A stretch of 56,882 nucleotides of DNA, counting the filler, from Circinaria calcarea (lineage: Eukaryota): the NCBI GenBank assembly GCA_051942165.1. It is 4 parts of 4 records of this genome, joined end to end, with 100 filler letters (N's around TTAATTAATTAA, not from the genome) between each part and the next. Parts side by side here need not be neighbours in the genome. Positions count along the whole stretch, not along the records: positions 28,532 to 42,679 come from JAVECS010000453.1; positions 42,780 to 56,882 come from JAVECS010000454.1; 2 more parts are not named here. The stretch is one strand, 5' to 3'. The position numbers were made by a program, and so were the translations under genes. The notes beneath the pieces were generated by a model. It saw only the letters and a list, made by a program, of their open reading frames with translations, did no database searches and was not told the origin of the DNA. Below, in pieces: positions 35,202 through 46,888 of this stretch (position 1 is its first letter; each line of letters opens with the position of its first letter).

Positions 35202-36494
35202 TTATATCTGCATAAAGACCATAAGAACGGCACTATAGGCTGCTGTTGCCGCGAGTGACTCAAATGAATTGGCAGTTGTCACCGTGCTCAGTATAGCCTG
35301 TTCCTGGTTCAATATAGTTATATAAACCGGAATATATGGGGAGACACTCACGGTAAATCCTACAATAAAGCAGCTAATAATGATAAGGCGGGTCTCCAAG
35401 CTCGCCGAGTCTGCAGTCGTGTAGCGAAGTAGCCACAGAGGGCCGATGAGCATGGCTAGCCCAAAGCTGATGGTAAGGCAAGTCACCACCTTGTCTATTC
35501 TTGGCTCATTATTGTATATCGTCGTTCCAGATTGGACGTTATGAGGCTATTCAGAGAAGGTATCAGCCTTTTTTACAGTTGATAGCTCTGGTGACTTACT
35601 CTTCTATCTCGAAAACAGCACAGCTTTCTGATGAAGTCGAATTGTCCGATAAATCTCTTCAGGGGTACCTGTGGTTTAGGAACAAGAGCCATCAAGTCTC
35701 CCTCGTGTTCAATAAACCTAGTTTCTGTAGGACTGATTGATGGTTCATTATTATCAAACCAGTTTTTGACATTTCTAACTTGATGATGTGTAGCGTCTGG
35801 CCGCGCTTTAAGCTCGGAGTGATAGTGGACGAAAGTATCTGTGGACATGGTCAGCCCCTTTCACATTGCGCAGTTTGGTGATCTTCTGTACTATATCTTT
35901 CTAACTTGCGTGCAAGCTGTTCCAAAATCTGTTGTCTGCGCTCGTTCTTATCATCCCGAAATGTTCCATTGTTGGCTCCAAGCAGTCTGCAATCTTCATC
36001 TAAATAGTCTAGTTCTTCCTCCAGCTGAGAAATACGATCCTGCATCATTAAAGCAACGCGAGCGTTGAGCTTTCCGAATTTTCGAAGGACAAAGAAGTCA
36101 TTATCCGAAGACATCCATTCTGAAAAAGCTGGATAACCTTTACTATTCTAAACGTCAGCCTCGTGTCCTAGTGGATTCGTTGATCTGAAGCAGATTGTGA
36201 TGTTTCCTACTATATCCATGGCTTTCTCTCAATGTCAATAGAGGTATAGTTCTTTGGTACGTGCGGTTCAGGACTGGACTGCGTATGCTGATTTGAGAAT
36301 GCTGCTGGCGGTCTCTGCAACAATACTGGCCCCTGGGACGGGGAAGCTGGTAGCACGTGCTGCGTTCCAGATGCGGACGCGAACCGGTGAGCTGTAAAGA
36401 AAGGCTGAGCAGGCGTTGTCGGAAGTCCTCCCGATGGACTGGGCCAATTGGTCGGCGAGGACGGCAAAGTAGCCAATTCAGCGTTCGAAGTCAT
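35202..36494 (-). CDS. DUF6594-like fungal membrane protein, about four introns
   Basis: Spliced KPW..|KGYPAFSEWMSSDNDFFVLRKFGKLNARVALMMQDRISQLEEEL, VRNVKNWF, EHEGDLMAL, three C-terminal TM segments ending ESLAATAAYSAVLMVF. Confidence 0.82.
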
Positions 36495-37269
36495 TTCTCC
36501 TTACGCGGTCCTTACACCGATATTGCTCTGGTAATAAAGTGTTGATTGCTAATCTACCAACTCATGGCCGGCAGAACGCCATCTATATGTAACGCGATAT
36601 CTCTTGCCTCATTAGAGGCAACATAATCGAGCGGGACAGTGAGAGCTGATCAGCAGGGCTGTACATCTGATCACGAAGTCTGGTGTATGCATGTCAGACC
36701 AACCCTGGCAAATCGATCCTCTTCAGGCTCTTTCGGGCGTCGTACCAAAACACGCCTCGAGAGCTCAACCAATCAGTGTCCTATTATTTTTGAAAACATT
36801 CAGCCTTGGCGGATACTTTCTTATCCATCTCAGCCTGATGGCCAATCAATAATATTACTCATCCACCCTCCATGGACTTAAGCGGGGCCCGGTGAGCACT
36901 GAAGAGGCTCTGGAGTCAGTCATCGGCGATTTGGCGACAGAGGATGCCAACCTACAAAAACTGGAATGACCTGCTAGAGTAGGGCACTGCCGCATTTAAC
37001 AGATCATTACCCCAGGTCCAACAACTCCAAGGTCGCAGCATCCACGCGGCATATCGCCCTATACTCTGCCGTCTCAATCAAAGCCGCATTCCTAAGGTTT
37101 TACGTGTATCACTTACCTACCAACCAAGCTCGCTATTCCGACCTACTGGAGGCGAGGCCTCGTCTGAAACCTCCGTGAGGGCGACCACGTCCTGGAAGGT
37201 GGACTCCCGAGCTGCTGCAAATTGGTGTTATTCGGCGGATAGTGACGCACTACCATACCGTTACTCGAT

Positions 37270-38019
37270 ATGAGAAGAAGCTTGAGAGCCACTGGCTATG
37301 CGATTGTAGCGTCTAGACATAATAGGGACGACGCCGTCTATGAGGCTTCAGAAGATTCAGAACCTGTAGATGGATTGGAACCGCAAACTAGAGGACTGGA
37401 AATGCGGCGTAAGAATCGTCGGATCCTCGCAGATCCCTATCCAGAAGAAAATTCATCGCCAGCCCCTGGTTTTATTCGTACCGATTCATACAGCTCGACT
37501 TCATCCAATGTGAACTGGGATCCATCAACCCAGTCTTATATCTCTCAAGGACAGTACTCACCTCTGGAGCCAAGTCACTGTGGCTACCCTTCTTCACGCC
37601 GAGGCTATTCAGATCAACAGCAGTCAGACTTCTATCAGGGCAAGCATCAACCAGCTGGTACACCACAAAATTATGCAAGCTCTCACAATCAGTATTCATA
37701 CGGGAATGGTGGTCACCCAGGTGGTCATCATCAGTATTCTATTCAAGGCTCTTCATACAATGAAATCCCACACGGTAATAACAACCAGCACCAAGATCAC
37801 CAGCAGCAGTACCTTAATCAAGGCCAGCCCTATCACCCGAGCAACCAGCAGCAGATGTTTCCGGGCCAAGCACAGGGAACCATTGCCCAGTTATATGCAC
37901 AAAACGAGCAGGATTACTATTCTGGCCCGGACATCACATATGTGCGTCGTGTCTCTACAACGCCTGTGCCAGATACCTCCAACCAATGTCCCCATGGAAC
38001 GTTGAGTGATTCACCGTAA
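37270..38019 (+). CDS. Hypothetical low-complexity Q/N/G/Y/H/S-rich protein; 5' structure unresolved
   Basis: 249-codon ORF with strong compositional bias. No family recognised; upstream exons possible. Confidence 0.5.
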   Translation: MRRSLRATGYAIVASRHNRDDAVYEASEDSEPVDGLEPQTRGLEMRRKNRRILADPYPEENSSPAPGFIRTDSYSSTSSNVNWDPSTQSYISQGQYSPLEPSHCGYPSSRRGYSDQQQSDFYQGKHQPAGTPQNYASSHNQYSYGNGGHPGGHHQYSIQGSSYNEIPHGNNNQHQDHQQQYLNQGQPYHPSNQQQMFPGQAQGTIAQLYAQNEQDYYSGPDITYVRRVSTTPVPDTSNQCPHGTLSDSP

Positions 38020-40253
38020 GTCATGCTCCTTTTTAAACGCCGTAAACGATATGCTACATACAATTATGCTTGTTTTACCATACTCCAAAGCAAGCTGACA
38101 GTGAAAAGATGCGTGCATTGCGCATACGAAAACTCGCTCCAACGGCGCCGTACTGGGTTTTGAAACCTCGTTGGCTATTCTACTCTTGTATGAAGTGTGC
38201 AATACCCCTATCGTTCCAACCGAATTTCCTTTACGATATCGAGTTTCTGGATAACGACTCCTGATGACAGCTCTTGAATTACCCGCTTGGTTCGGAATCT
38301 TGTGTTCTCTGGCGCAGGATCTGATGCAAATCCAGCGGTGAAACCTTACTCCTCTCATGCTCAGGACTTTCTATAGGATGCAAGATTACTGTTGCATATC
38401 AGATTTCTTGTGAGTATTGCCTCCCGACCGCTATAGATTGTGTATACCTAATAGGCAGATTAGATTTCCTAGCTATTTCTCAGCTCCTAAGGGTCATTTT
38501 CATTACAAGGTCCAACCGTACGAGGATAGTGTGGATTTCCTCTAATTCATCTAGTTGGCATGATAGGCGAGCGTGTATCCTTATATACTTTCATTGCTAG
38601 AGTTTGCGTATCCTCGAGGAGTACCGTCTCTTTGGCAATCAAGTCAATGTCTTTCTACCTCTCAATCGATACGATCAGACAACTTAAATCTCTTACGACG
38701 TTCAAGAAAGCCAAAAAGTAAGAAAAACCGAAGGGTTGCCGCTCAAGGACCAAATTTCCTTTGTTCTGTTGTCTCCCTTACGGCCTCGCTTGCCCTCTGG
38801 CGGCTATGGTTCATCTTACCCCAGGAGATCCAGATTCTCAATGGAACTCCGCGACCATAGTCCTTGTTATCCCAGACAACCCAGTTCCTATCGCTACCAC
38901 CCTGCCAACTGGCACAGACCCTGAAGGATAAACGGCCACCCGAGTGGGATCCCCACGGATATTCTACTCGCCCCGTTCTCGAAGAGATAGGTGCCCAACA
39001 ATCCCGCCGGCGGGGGCCTCCGAGCTTTTTCTTCGTTCTCTCTGGACCATCGCGCGGGACAAGTGACACCACTGACTGCTATACCACCGCAACCTCTCCT
39101 GGGATCTTCAAGACCCGTATTGTGTTTATCCGGCCGGCGGGGCTCTGCATGCTCTTTTGGCTTTCTCTGTTCTTTTCTGTATGGGATGGTGGGTACCGAG
39201 GATGGTAACTGGAGGGCGTGGGCCGAATTCTTCTGTTGCTATAGTAGGAGAGAATAGAGAACGTAGGGGGACTCGCAGGCAGGGGGGTTATATGGGAAGG
39301 GAATGGGGCGTCCTGTACTATAGTGCAATTATGTTTATGATTACTGCATCTCCGTAGGCACGACGGAGTTTAGCAGCATCAAACCGATCAGATTTAACAT
39401 TTCCATCCACCCTGAACGACGGAAGGAGTATATTCCCCCTTTGTCTTTTTACAAAAAATTGGAGGTATACGCTGAGGTGAAATGTGCTAGCTACCATACT
39501 ATTTACAAATCCCATGAGACAATGTCAGCCATGCCATGCCCATTATCCATGACTTTTCTGGGGGGGGGGCATCGCTACGTACATATAACCTCAACGCCAT
39601 GCCGCCAAACCATCTTTCCGAACGCTATGTTCCACAGTCCGGAAGAAATTCAAATCATATTACCACCCACACGCACACACAAGATCAGGGCCCACATTCA
39701 GTCTCTCACCAGTCGTTCTGTGTCTGGCATGAGATGTGTTTATTTTGGGCATCGACGATGCATCATCGGTCTACGGTCTACCTCAGGCTTCTTCCTCTCC
39801 TAGGGACAGCTGTCGCTCTTTAGCTCTGAAGAATAGGAAATCTTCGGTTGTGGAGATACATATGTCATTGGCAAAGATTGGTAGGTGAAAGCGCTTGCGC
39901 GCATATATCAATGTTCGAAGCGGTCTTACCCACTCGCTTTTCTGTATATGGTGTTCTACTATAGCTAAGGGTTACTCCCTGTAACTAAATCTGTATTCGA
40001 TACATGTTGGAGATCGGGACAAGCTTTGGCGGGCAGCCCCTCGCGAAGGAGGAGGATCGCCAGTAGCAAGGCTGACAGGCCGAGACAGGGCCACCCTCTC
40101 ACTGTAAGTGGCGTGAAACAGGGAAGGGGAGGACAAGGCTTTGCCCTGCAAATAGGTAACAGGAAAAGTCTGCACATCTGTGGTCGAGTATCATCGGATC
40201 AGCCGAATCTCCTGGAGTCAGTATCGTCAGTTGTCTTTGCTGCCTTGGGCGCA

Positions 40254-41468
40254 ATGGATCCTATCTCAGTCTCGGCTTCGATTGCCGGCTTAATCACCGC
40301 GGCAGTGCAAGTCTCTGCGCTGCTGAAGAGGCTGGTCGAGAACGTCCGAGGCGCACCGCAATCAGCACTGAATGTGCTCGTCGAGGTTAATGGCATCGGT
40401 CTCTGCCTAAATCAATTACGGGAATATATACATGGCACTCAGAGTGTGTCGAGATCTCGAGCGTCTTTCATCATGATTGAACAGGTCGTGGTCGTTCTGA
40501 CAGATTGCCTCACAATCTTTTCCGAGCTGGAGCAAGTCCTCGAGACTCTGCAATTGGATGCCATGAAGGTTATCGATAAAATGAAATGGACTGCAAAGGA
40601 GGCCACCATACTGCAGCTACTCGCTCGCCTTCAGACTTCCAAGACGTCCTTAAGTCTTATGCTAACAACCCTGACTTGGTGAGTTGGCGTATGAATCTTA
40701 CAGGCGGGCACGTAGTCTGTTCACCGACGGCTAACTACTCCCTGTCTTAGTGTCTCTGTGGACGAGGCTCACGCGTCCGTACAACACTTGACCACTTTGG
40801 TGCAGCAACTACTAGATCTAAACGCGGATATGTCACGACGGCTTAGGACTCTCGAATCACCCCATCACCCTTCTGCCCATGGGGCGCCTATAAAGCTTAC
40901 AAGCCCAGGAACAGGATCCGATGACGAAGTTGAGCCGCCACCAACCTACTCGACAGAAGGCCCGGGAAATACATTCGAGAAAGATTTGTCGGCTTCTCGG
41001 GTATACGGTAGAGCTTCTCTGAACCCCGCAAGGTTATCTGTTGTCTCATCCACCAATTCCGTGGGCTGGTCGTTACTTTCAGGCTTAAGTCTCTCGGACA
41101 TATCTAATTTATCCACCATCTCTCTACCGATCTCTTCGAGAGAATTATGGAACTACCATCGCTATAGTGTTGAGCCTCATATGGCCTCCTGCGGGCTATC
41201 TCCGCTTGATGCATGGTATAACCCGCCTGCAAATGTAGGGTCGAGTCTTCCGCTCAGGACGGCACTACTCAAAAGCTAATGCCATACGTAGATGAGTGCA
41301 TGTATTAGATCGTCGCCTAGGAACTCCAACGGCGACTATGTGAACCAGTACTGCCATTTCAACACTACGGGAGAGGTCCGATACACGCGTGTCTCTTCTG
41401 TAAAGCATCCTGGGCCACCACCGGTCAGTGGAGAGTATTGGGCATCGTTTAAATCTCAGATTGCATAG
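40254..41468 (+). CDS. Protein with fungal HeLo-like/SesA-type N-terminal domain; exons 40254-40678, 40751-41234, 41292-41468
   Basis: MDPISVSASIAGLITAAVQV..VRGAP..V..EV, KMKWTAKEATI..LARLQTSKTSLSLML, followed by FEKDLSASRVY..WSLLSGLSLSDISNLSTISLP. Introns GTGAGT..GCTAAC..TAG and GTAGGG..GCTAAT..TAG; the last exon is inferred. Confidence 0.8.
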
Positions 41469-41892
41469 GAACGTGTGGGTTACCGAAATGAATCCGAAGA
41501 GTCCAAGGAACCAACAGAAAGTATATCTGGATATAAGACTCCCTAGATTTGGACTGAAAACGTTCTTGATGGCGAGCATCAGAGCCATTCGAACCGATGA
41601 CATGACATGCTCGGTATTACGACAAGAATGTAATCTTACCATTTGTTTCCAAATTCAAAGGAACTCAGTTGTTAATACACGGAATCAAGAAGACACTAGT
41701 TCGCGTTAAATTGTTCACATCAGGGGGTTGTTGATATCATTCATAAAACCCTTCACCACTTAGTATGGCTTCTTTAGGTGTATCTTTAGTGGCGGGAAGT
41801 GCACAGAGATTGCATCTTTCTCGTTCTCGATGACACGTTCTATTCGAAGCAAGGCTGAATATTACTTGAAAGGTTTCCAATACTGCTGACTA

Positions 41893-42679
41893 TTACCATC
41901 GAACAATATCTATCAGGGTCTCCCACTCTGTGAACTCTGCATTCGTCGCCCGACAACATTTGACTTGGACCTCCTTTTTTGAAATATTGGTTTCAATAAG
42001 GGTTGAATGCACCAGCGCTGTTTCTGGTATTTTACCATCCACAATCTCAGCCTCCTCTATCTCTATGATCTTCTCTGCTACTAACGCCGCAATCGGTCCG
42101 TTCCACACACCTTCTCTCCCAGCACTTTGCAGGAGCCTTGTTGCTCGACGACGGATAATAGGCTCACGACATTTGCGGGCAACCATGGTTAGGGATGGGA
42201 TAAGACTTGTCTCCATAGTGAACTGTGGTTGGTCTGCTGGGCGGCTAGGTATAGTCTTCTGCAGAGACTCGGCAAGCGAGACAACCTGCTCGAACGCGGT
42301 GTGGAAAGCATCGTAAGTAAAGCCTTCCTGTGGGAGCAAGCAAGTACTGAGCGAGATGTGGGCGACTTGGTGCTCCATCTTTAAGACTATAGCGCCACAG
42401 ATGTCCCTAAATGGCACGCTTGAGGATCTGTTTTGGAGCAGGATGTTCAGATTCTGAAGCCATGTTGTAAGGTAAGAGAGGAGGGTTCGTCTTTTGAGGA
42501 TGATTGAAGATGGTATCGCTTCAGGTGGGCCGTATCGATATCGGCGAGCAAAGTGCCGGTCAAAAGAATATATTGCACCAAGGATATCGTCCAAATCCGA
42601 CCTGGCCTCGGATATATTACCAAAGAATGGCCGAGGTTGTGGAGTTACCACGATTGACGACATTCGGCGCAAAACATAA
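41893..42679 (-). CDS. C-terminal part of a fungal Zn2Cys6-type transcription factor; 5' end lost at the contig edge
   Basis: YDAFHTAFEQVVSLAE, FTMETSLIPSL..VARKCREPIIRRRATRLL..REGVWNG are typical of the C6 TF C-terminal domain. The zinc cluster is not in view. Confidence 0.72.
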
Positions 42680-42779
42680 NNNNNNNNNNNNNNNNNNNNN
42701 NNNNNNNNNNNNNNNNNNNNNNNTTAATTAATTAANNNNNNNNNNNNNNNNNNNNNNNNNNNNNNNNNNNNNNNNNNNN
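42680..42779. other. Artificial contig linker
   Basis: 100-nt N run with TTAATTAATTAA. Confidence 0.98.
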
Positions 42780-43471
42780 ACTGGTATGGCGTACATTTGC
42801 TCGACGCCACGGAATAGCAGGGCCGTTGGTGGCAGGGTTGAGTGTCATCTGTTGCATGAGCGTACCAGATGGGAGTAAGGCCGGAGAAGATCTTTACTAG
42901 TCATGATGATCAGCAGGTAACATGCTAAGTTTACAACCCTTTGAATAATCATACCCGGGCAAGCCAACTCCACTCAGGAGCTTGCCCATCCAGCCCGGGA
43001 TATCTACCACATCTCGTAGAGCATTCGGTTCTGTGTTGCACACGCTCCCGGCATCACACATCTCCCCAAGTAGCTGTGCCACGACATCATAGGCTCCTTC
43101 TATCTTACTTGCCAATAGAGGAGGCCCTAAGAAATCCTCAAAGACGTCAATGATTCTGTGCAAGAATTCCAGGACGAATAGAGGTTCCGTATCGGTCGAC
43201 GCCGGCACTAAAAGGAGAATATCATCATGAACAAGAGAGAATAAGGTCGTAGGCGGATTGATATTAGGGAGGTAAATTAGGGAGGGACGTGGTACTGGAT
43301 GCGCAAGGTAGAGGGGCAGTACTGTACGGGAAGACGCTGGTCGAGAACGATAGACATGCTCAAGAATGGGATCACTAAAATCTCTTATCAGAAGACTTAA
43401 AACTCAGACGGGTCCTGGGCTTACTTGTGCTGATTGTACACATAGAGCGCCTCGATGGCGCTGCTCATCAT
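42780..43471 (-). CDS. APM3: AP-3 adaptor complex mu subunit, N-terminal part (3' end lost at the contig edge), two introns
   Basis: IEALYVY..PILEHVY, EPLFVLEFLHRIIDVFEDFLG, YDVVAQLLGEMCDAG..NTEPNALRD, then AIPWRRANVRHT. Confidence 0.9.
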
Positions 43472-43695
43472 CGTGCAAACATTGTCAGCGGTGATCCTCT
43501 TCAGAGCATCCGTGGTTGAGCTCCGCTGTTTGCCCGAGGTTCTTCCGCGGAGCGAGTTTCCTGGCGGCCAATAACAAGCTCCCCAAAACCGGAGGAGTAC
43601 GGAGAACCTAAGATCTCAATATCAGTCTATCCATAACTCTGTGGACTCTATGGCCCTGCGGTCACGGTGAATTTTAGTTAATGGCGAGGGAATCT

Positions 43696-44036
43696 ATGCC
43701 TGGCGGAACGGCGACACTCTACAATCTTCAGCAACCAGAGAAGCTCCAGACTGTACTTGAAAAGGAAAAGCCAGAAGACTGTCTGAGCTGTAGGCTTACA
43801 GGTAAGATCATCCTAAGCGCAGTAACAAAAAGCTTCTCCTAACAATCTAACTAGGAGCAACCGCCTTTATCGGTCTGGGAGCATACAGCTACTTCTCGGG
43901 GAGACATCACCTCCAACTACAACAAGCAGCAATTCTCAAAAGTGGGTCGAGTTTCGGCATTAGGTCGCGTCAGGCTGGAATCACTGGGATTGCTTTGGCA
44001 TTTGCCGGTATGGGATTGTGGCGACTGGTGAATTGA
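43696..44036 (+). CDS. DUF4536/DMAC1-like small membrane protein; intron 43802-43854; alternative in-frame ATG at 43681
   Basis: EDCLSCRLTG|ATAFIGLGAYSYFSG...GITGIALAFAGMGLWRLVN: CxxC plus two TM segments. Missed by the ORF track. Confidence 0.82.
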
Positions 44037-45458
44037 AGCCCTGGGTCGTGAAGATATGAGGTCTGGGGCCGACCTCCTCCAACCAAGGGTCTTTCACACA
44101 CATGCGCTAGATTCAGTGGACGACCGGATATGAAAGCAGATCAAACTCGGAGGATACTGACGGCTTTCGACAGTTCACTAAGAGTTCGGGCACGGTTCGA
44201 CCTATGCCTTCCTGGATGTCCATCTGGGGCCTTTTACGGTAAGAGAATTTTTGGTGCTCCGAACCTGGCAAAATTCTGAGAGGAACCAGTTTACTATTCA
44301 TGAAGTCAATTCTTGGGAACTCAAGTGGGGATTCCACTCAACATGCACGGAGCGCTCAGTACCTCATTAATTTTTATTTCTCATACGGATCCGGTTGAAA
44401 CGAGACTCCTATACTACGCATATAGGTGTCCAATATAGGTGTCCAATATAGGGGCTCAATGACGCTTCCAAAAACCATTAACTATGTTACCGGTAAATCG
44501 CCTTCCTTGCTCGCGATGCTGAATTGGTTTCCAAGTTCGAGAAACCTCGTCCAACATCTGTAAGAGTTGTCTATGTGCTTTTTGGTGTAATAGTAGTTAA
44601 GAGTGACTATGCTGGTTCATTGCATGTGGCGGACGAGCATCGCGGTGTCTAGATAGAAATTTCAAGTTCGTTTGCCCTTCTTATATCAAGAATACTCCTA
44701 CATACATGAGCCAAATAAGAGGGACCCAAAAAGCAAAACTATCCTACTCTCTATTGTCGGTGACACAAATTGAATGACGGAGGATGCAGCAGAATTGTGA
44801 GACAAGTGTAGCCTTCGTTATATTGCTATTCAGTACTACGCGGGACGTAAGGACAAGGGTATTGGGCAACCATCATAGACGCGGAAATAGCCACCGATAC
44901 CAGACCAAGAAGGTAAGAACGGAAGGCTAAGTCTTGACTCTGAAAGGAGACTGCCAGCTCCTCAGAGACTGACAAGCTTTCCCAAATCTCCCCGAGAGGC
45001 TTGACGTGAGTCATTGGACTTTCGCAACACCTAAACCTCCTTCAAGCATCGGCTTCGTCACATTGCAAGGCCGGCTGATGTGGGTAGACGCTTTCGATAC
45101 GGGGGAAGATTTCAGGCTTGCCTTTGGATCCGGTCTGGAATCATGCCTTCAGTTCAGATGATGAAAGTATGTTTTTTTCAATGATATCCATAGAGTTACT
45201 GCAGAAAGCTGAAAGTCAACATGGACAAAAGTTAAATCAGCTCATTCTATGAATGGCATGTGTGGTGTTTGAGTAGACTATGACGGGTTGATTTGCAGGT
45301 AAAGTCCTGGGTATCTAAAACTGTAGGAGAGCATCGACAGAAACCCAACCCTTTCCATTCCCTAATGCCCAGTCCGCTATGCCGCTCAGGTATGCTTCTC
45401 TGGGAAACGCCTACAATGCACACAAGCGTAACTTCGTGACACCCGCATGACGATTTGC

Positions 45459-46310
45459 TCAACTCAGTCGACCCCGTTTCCCACCCCCGCCAAACCCATC
45501 TTTGCCGTCACCCAGATTACCAATATCAAAGAATTCGCCAAAGGCTGTCTTCCGCTTGCTTCCCGCACTGGAGCCGAGAGCTCTTGCCGATGTTGTCGAC
45601 CTTGTATTATGCCTGTTGGAGTGATTGCCATGACGATGTGGAGTCCTCGATCCTCGTGATACTACTTCGAGGCGAACTGCGGCTGTAGGGGTGGTAGTAG
45701 TCGTTTGAGGCTGTAAAGGCGTTTCGGATTGCGGTAAGGCTGAGGCAGGTGTTTCATGGGACTGCATATCGATATCGAGGGGATATGAGTGATTAGATCT
45801 AAATGTAAAGCTTTCGGATCTTGCTGGGATGGTTGCGGGGCGGTGAGTTAACAACGGAGGCGGTGGTGGTATAGGCTCTGTCCGTACTGGGGAGCTAGAT
45901 CGAGAAGGTGGCTGAACGGATGCGGTCTCCGGGCTGGGCTTACGTTGACGGACTGGCGACGGACTCTCTGCTCGCTTCTCCGGCTCGATCCGGTCATCGT
46001 CGCTGTCGCTACCAACCTGAGCTGGCGGTGTTCCATCTAGACGTTCTGTGGCCCACTGCCTGACTCGCCAACCTTCGCCGTCTCCTAATCCTAGATTTTC
46101 TTTGTCTAGAAAAGCGAGGAGCTCGTCTAGGGCATCTTGATATCCCCCCTCACGCGCTCGAGTCTGATCTAGGGCAGCTGTCTTGTATAGGTTGGTGACG
46201 GATAGTGCGGCGGTCTTGAAGGATTGGAGCAGCTGCTCAGGCGGTGGAGCAATTCGAGGCTTTGGAGACGAGTTTGGCAGGGACTTGTTCAAGTTCCTCA
46301 TCGTGTCCAT
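45459..46310 (-). CDS. Conserved fungal protein, probably HAPSTR1 (C16orf72)/YJR056C-like
   Basis: EQLLQSFKTAALSVTNLYK...GYQDALDELLAFL...VRQWATER helical core, disordered S/P/T tail, C-terminal basic NLS-like GKRGRLS. Confidence 0.75.
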   Translation of the reverse strand: MDTMRNLNKSLPNSSPKPRIAPPPEQLLQSFKTAALSVTNLYKTAALDQTRAREGGYQDALDELLAFLDKENLGLGDGEGWRVRQWATERLDGTPPAQVGSDSDDDRIEPEKRAESPSPVRQRKPSPETASVQPPSRSSSPVRTEPIPPPPPLLTHRPATIPARSESFTFRSNHSYPLDIDMQSHETPASALPQSETPLQPQTTTTTPTAAVRLEVVSRGSRTPHRHGNHSNRHNTRSTTSARALGSSAGSKRKTAFGEFFDIGNLGDGKDGFGGGGKRGRLS

Positions 46311-46888
46311 GACGCCGTATAAGTCCTTGAGTGATAAAGTCAGGACCTGTCCGTAGATCTTGGAGATGCCTGAATGTGATGAACGGCGATGACGCTTACT
46401 TAGATTATGTTGGTGGGCTGACACAGTAATCTGTTTAAAGAGGAAAGATGTATGGTGTAGGACAGTCGAAAACGAATGACTCGGCTTCTTGAGGTCTTTG
46501 GAACAGTGAACGTATGGTGAGGGCCGTGTTGAAACGATTATAGGAGTCTAGTTCTCTTCCTTGGAATCAAGCGACAACAATATTCTTATGTTCACGTTCA
46601 ACCCCCCCTCGTGCTAGGGTCAACGCTCGCCTAATTTTAGGGCGTCATCGGTATCGATTCGAAAGTGCTTCTAGACGCGAATTCGTGAACATCAACCTGC
46701 CCACTTTAACACCATCACGATCACTCGACACGTCCGATTTCCTACGCAGCGACAAAGTCACAGTGGTCCATCATCTTTACTCACCCTAAACCTGTTGCCA
46801 CGTTACGCCAGGAATCTGTGAAGCTCTCGTTGGTGGACACGCTTCAAGGTCCCCTAGGCGTTGCCTACAAGAAGGTACATGTAGGGCA

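Noticed and set aside
38573..39823. Overlapping short ORFs
   Set aside because: No motifs, consistent splice pattern or coding bias that I can support.
44420..44452. 13-bp tandem repeat ATATAGGTGTCCA x2.5
   Set aside because: Simple slippage duplication in intergenic DNA with no functional evidence.
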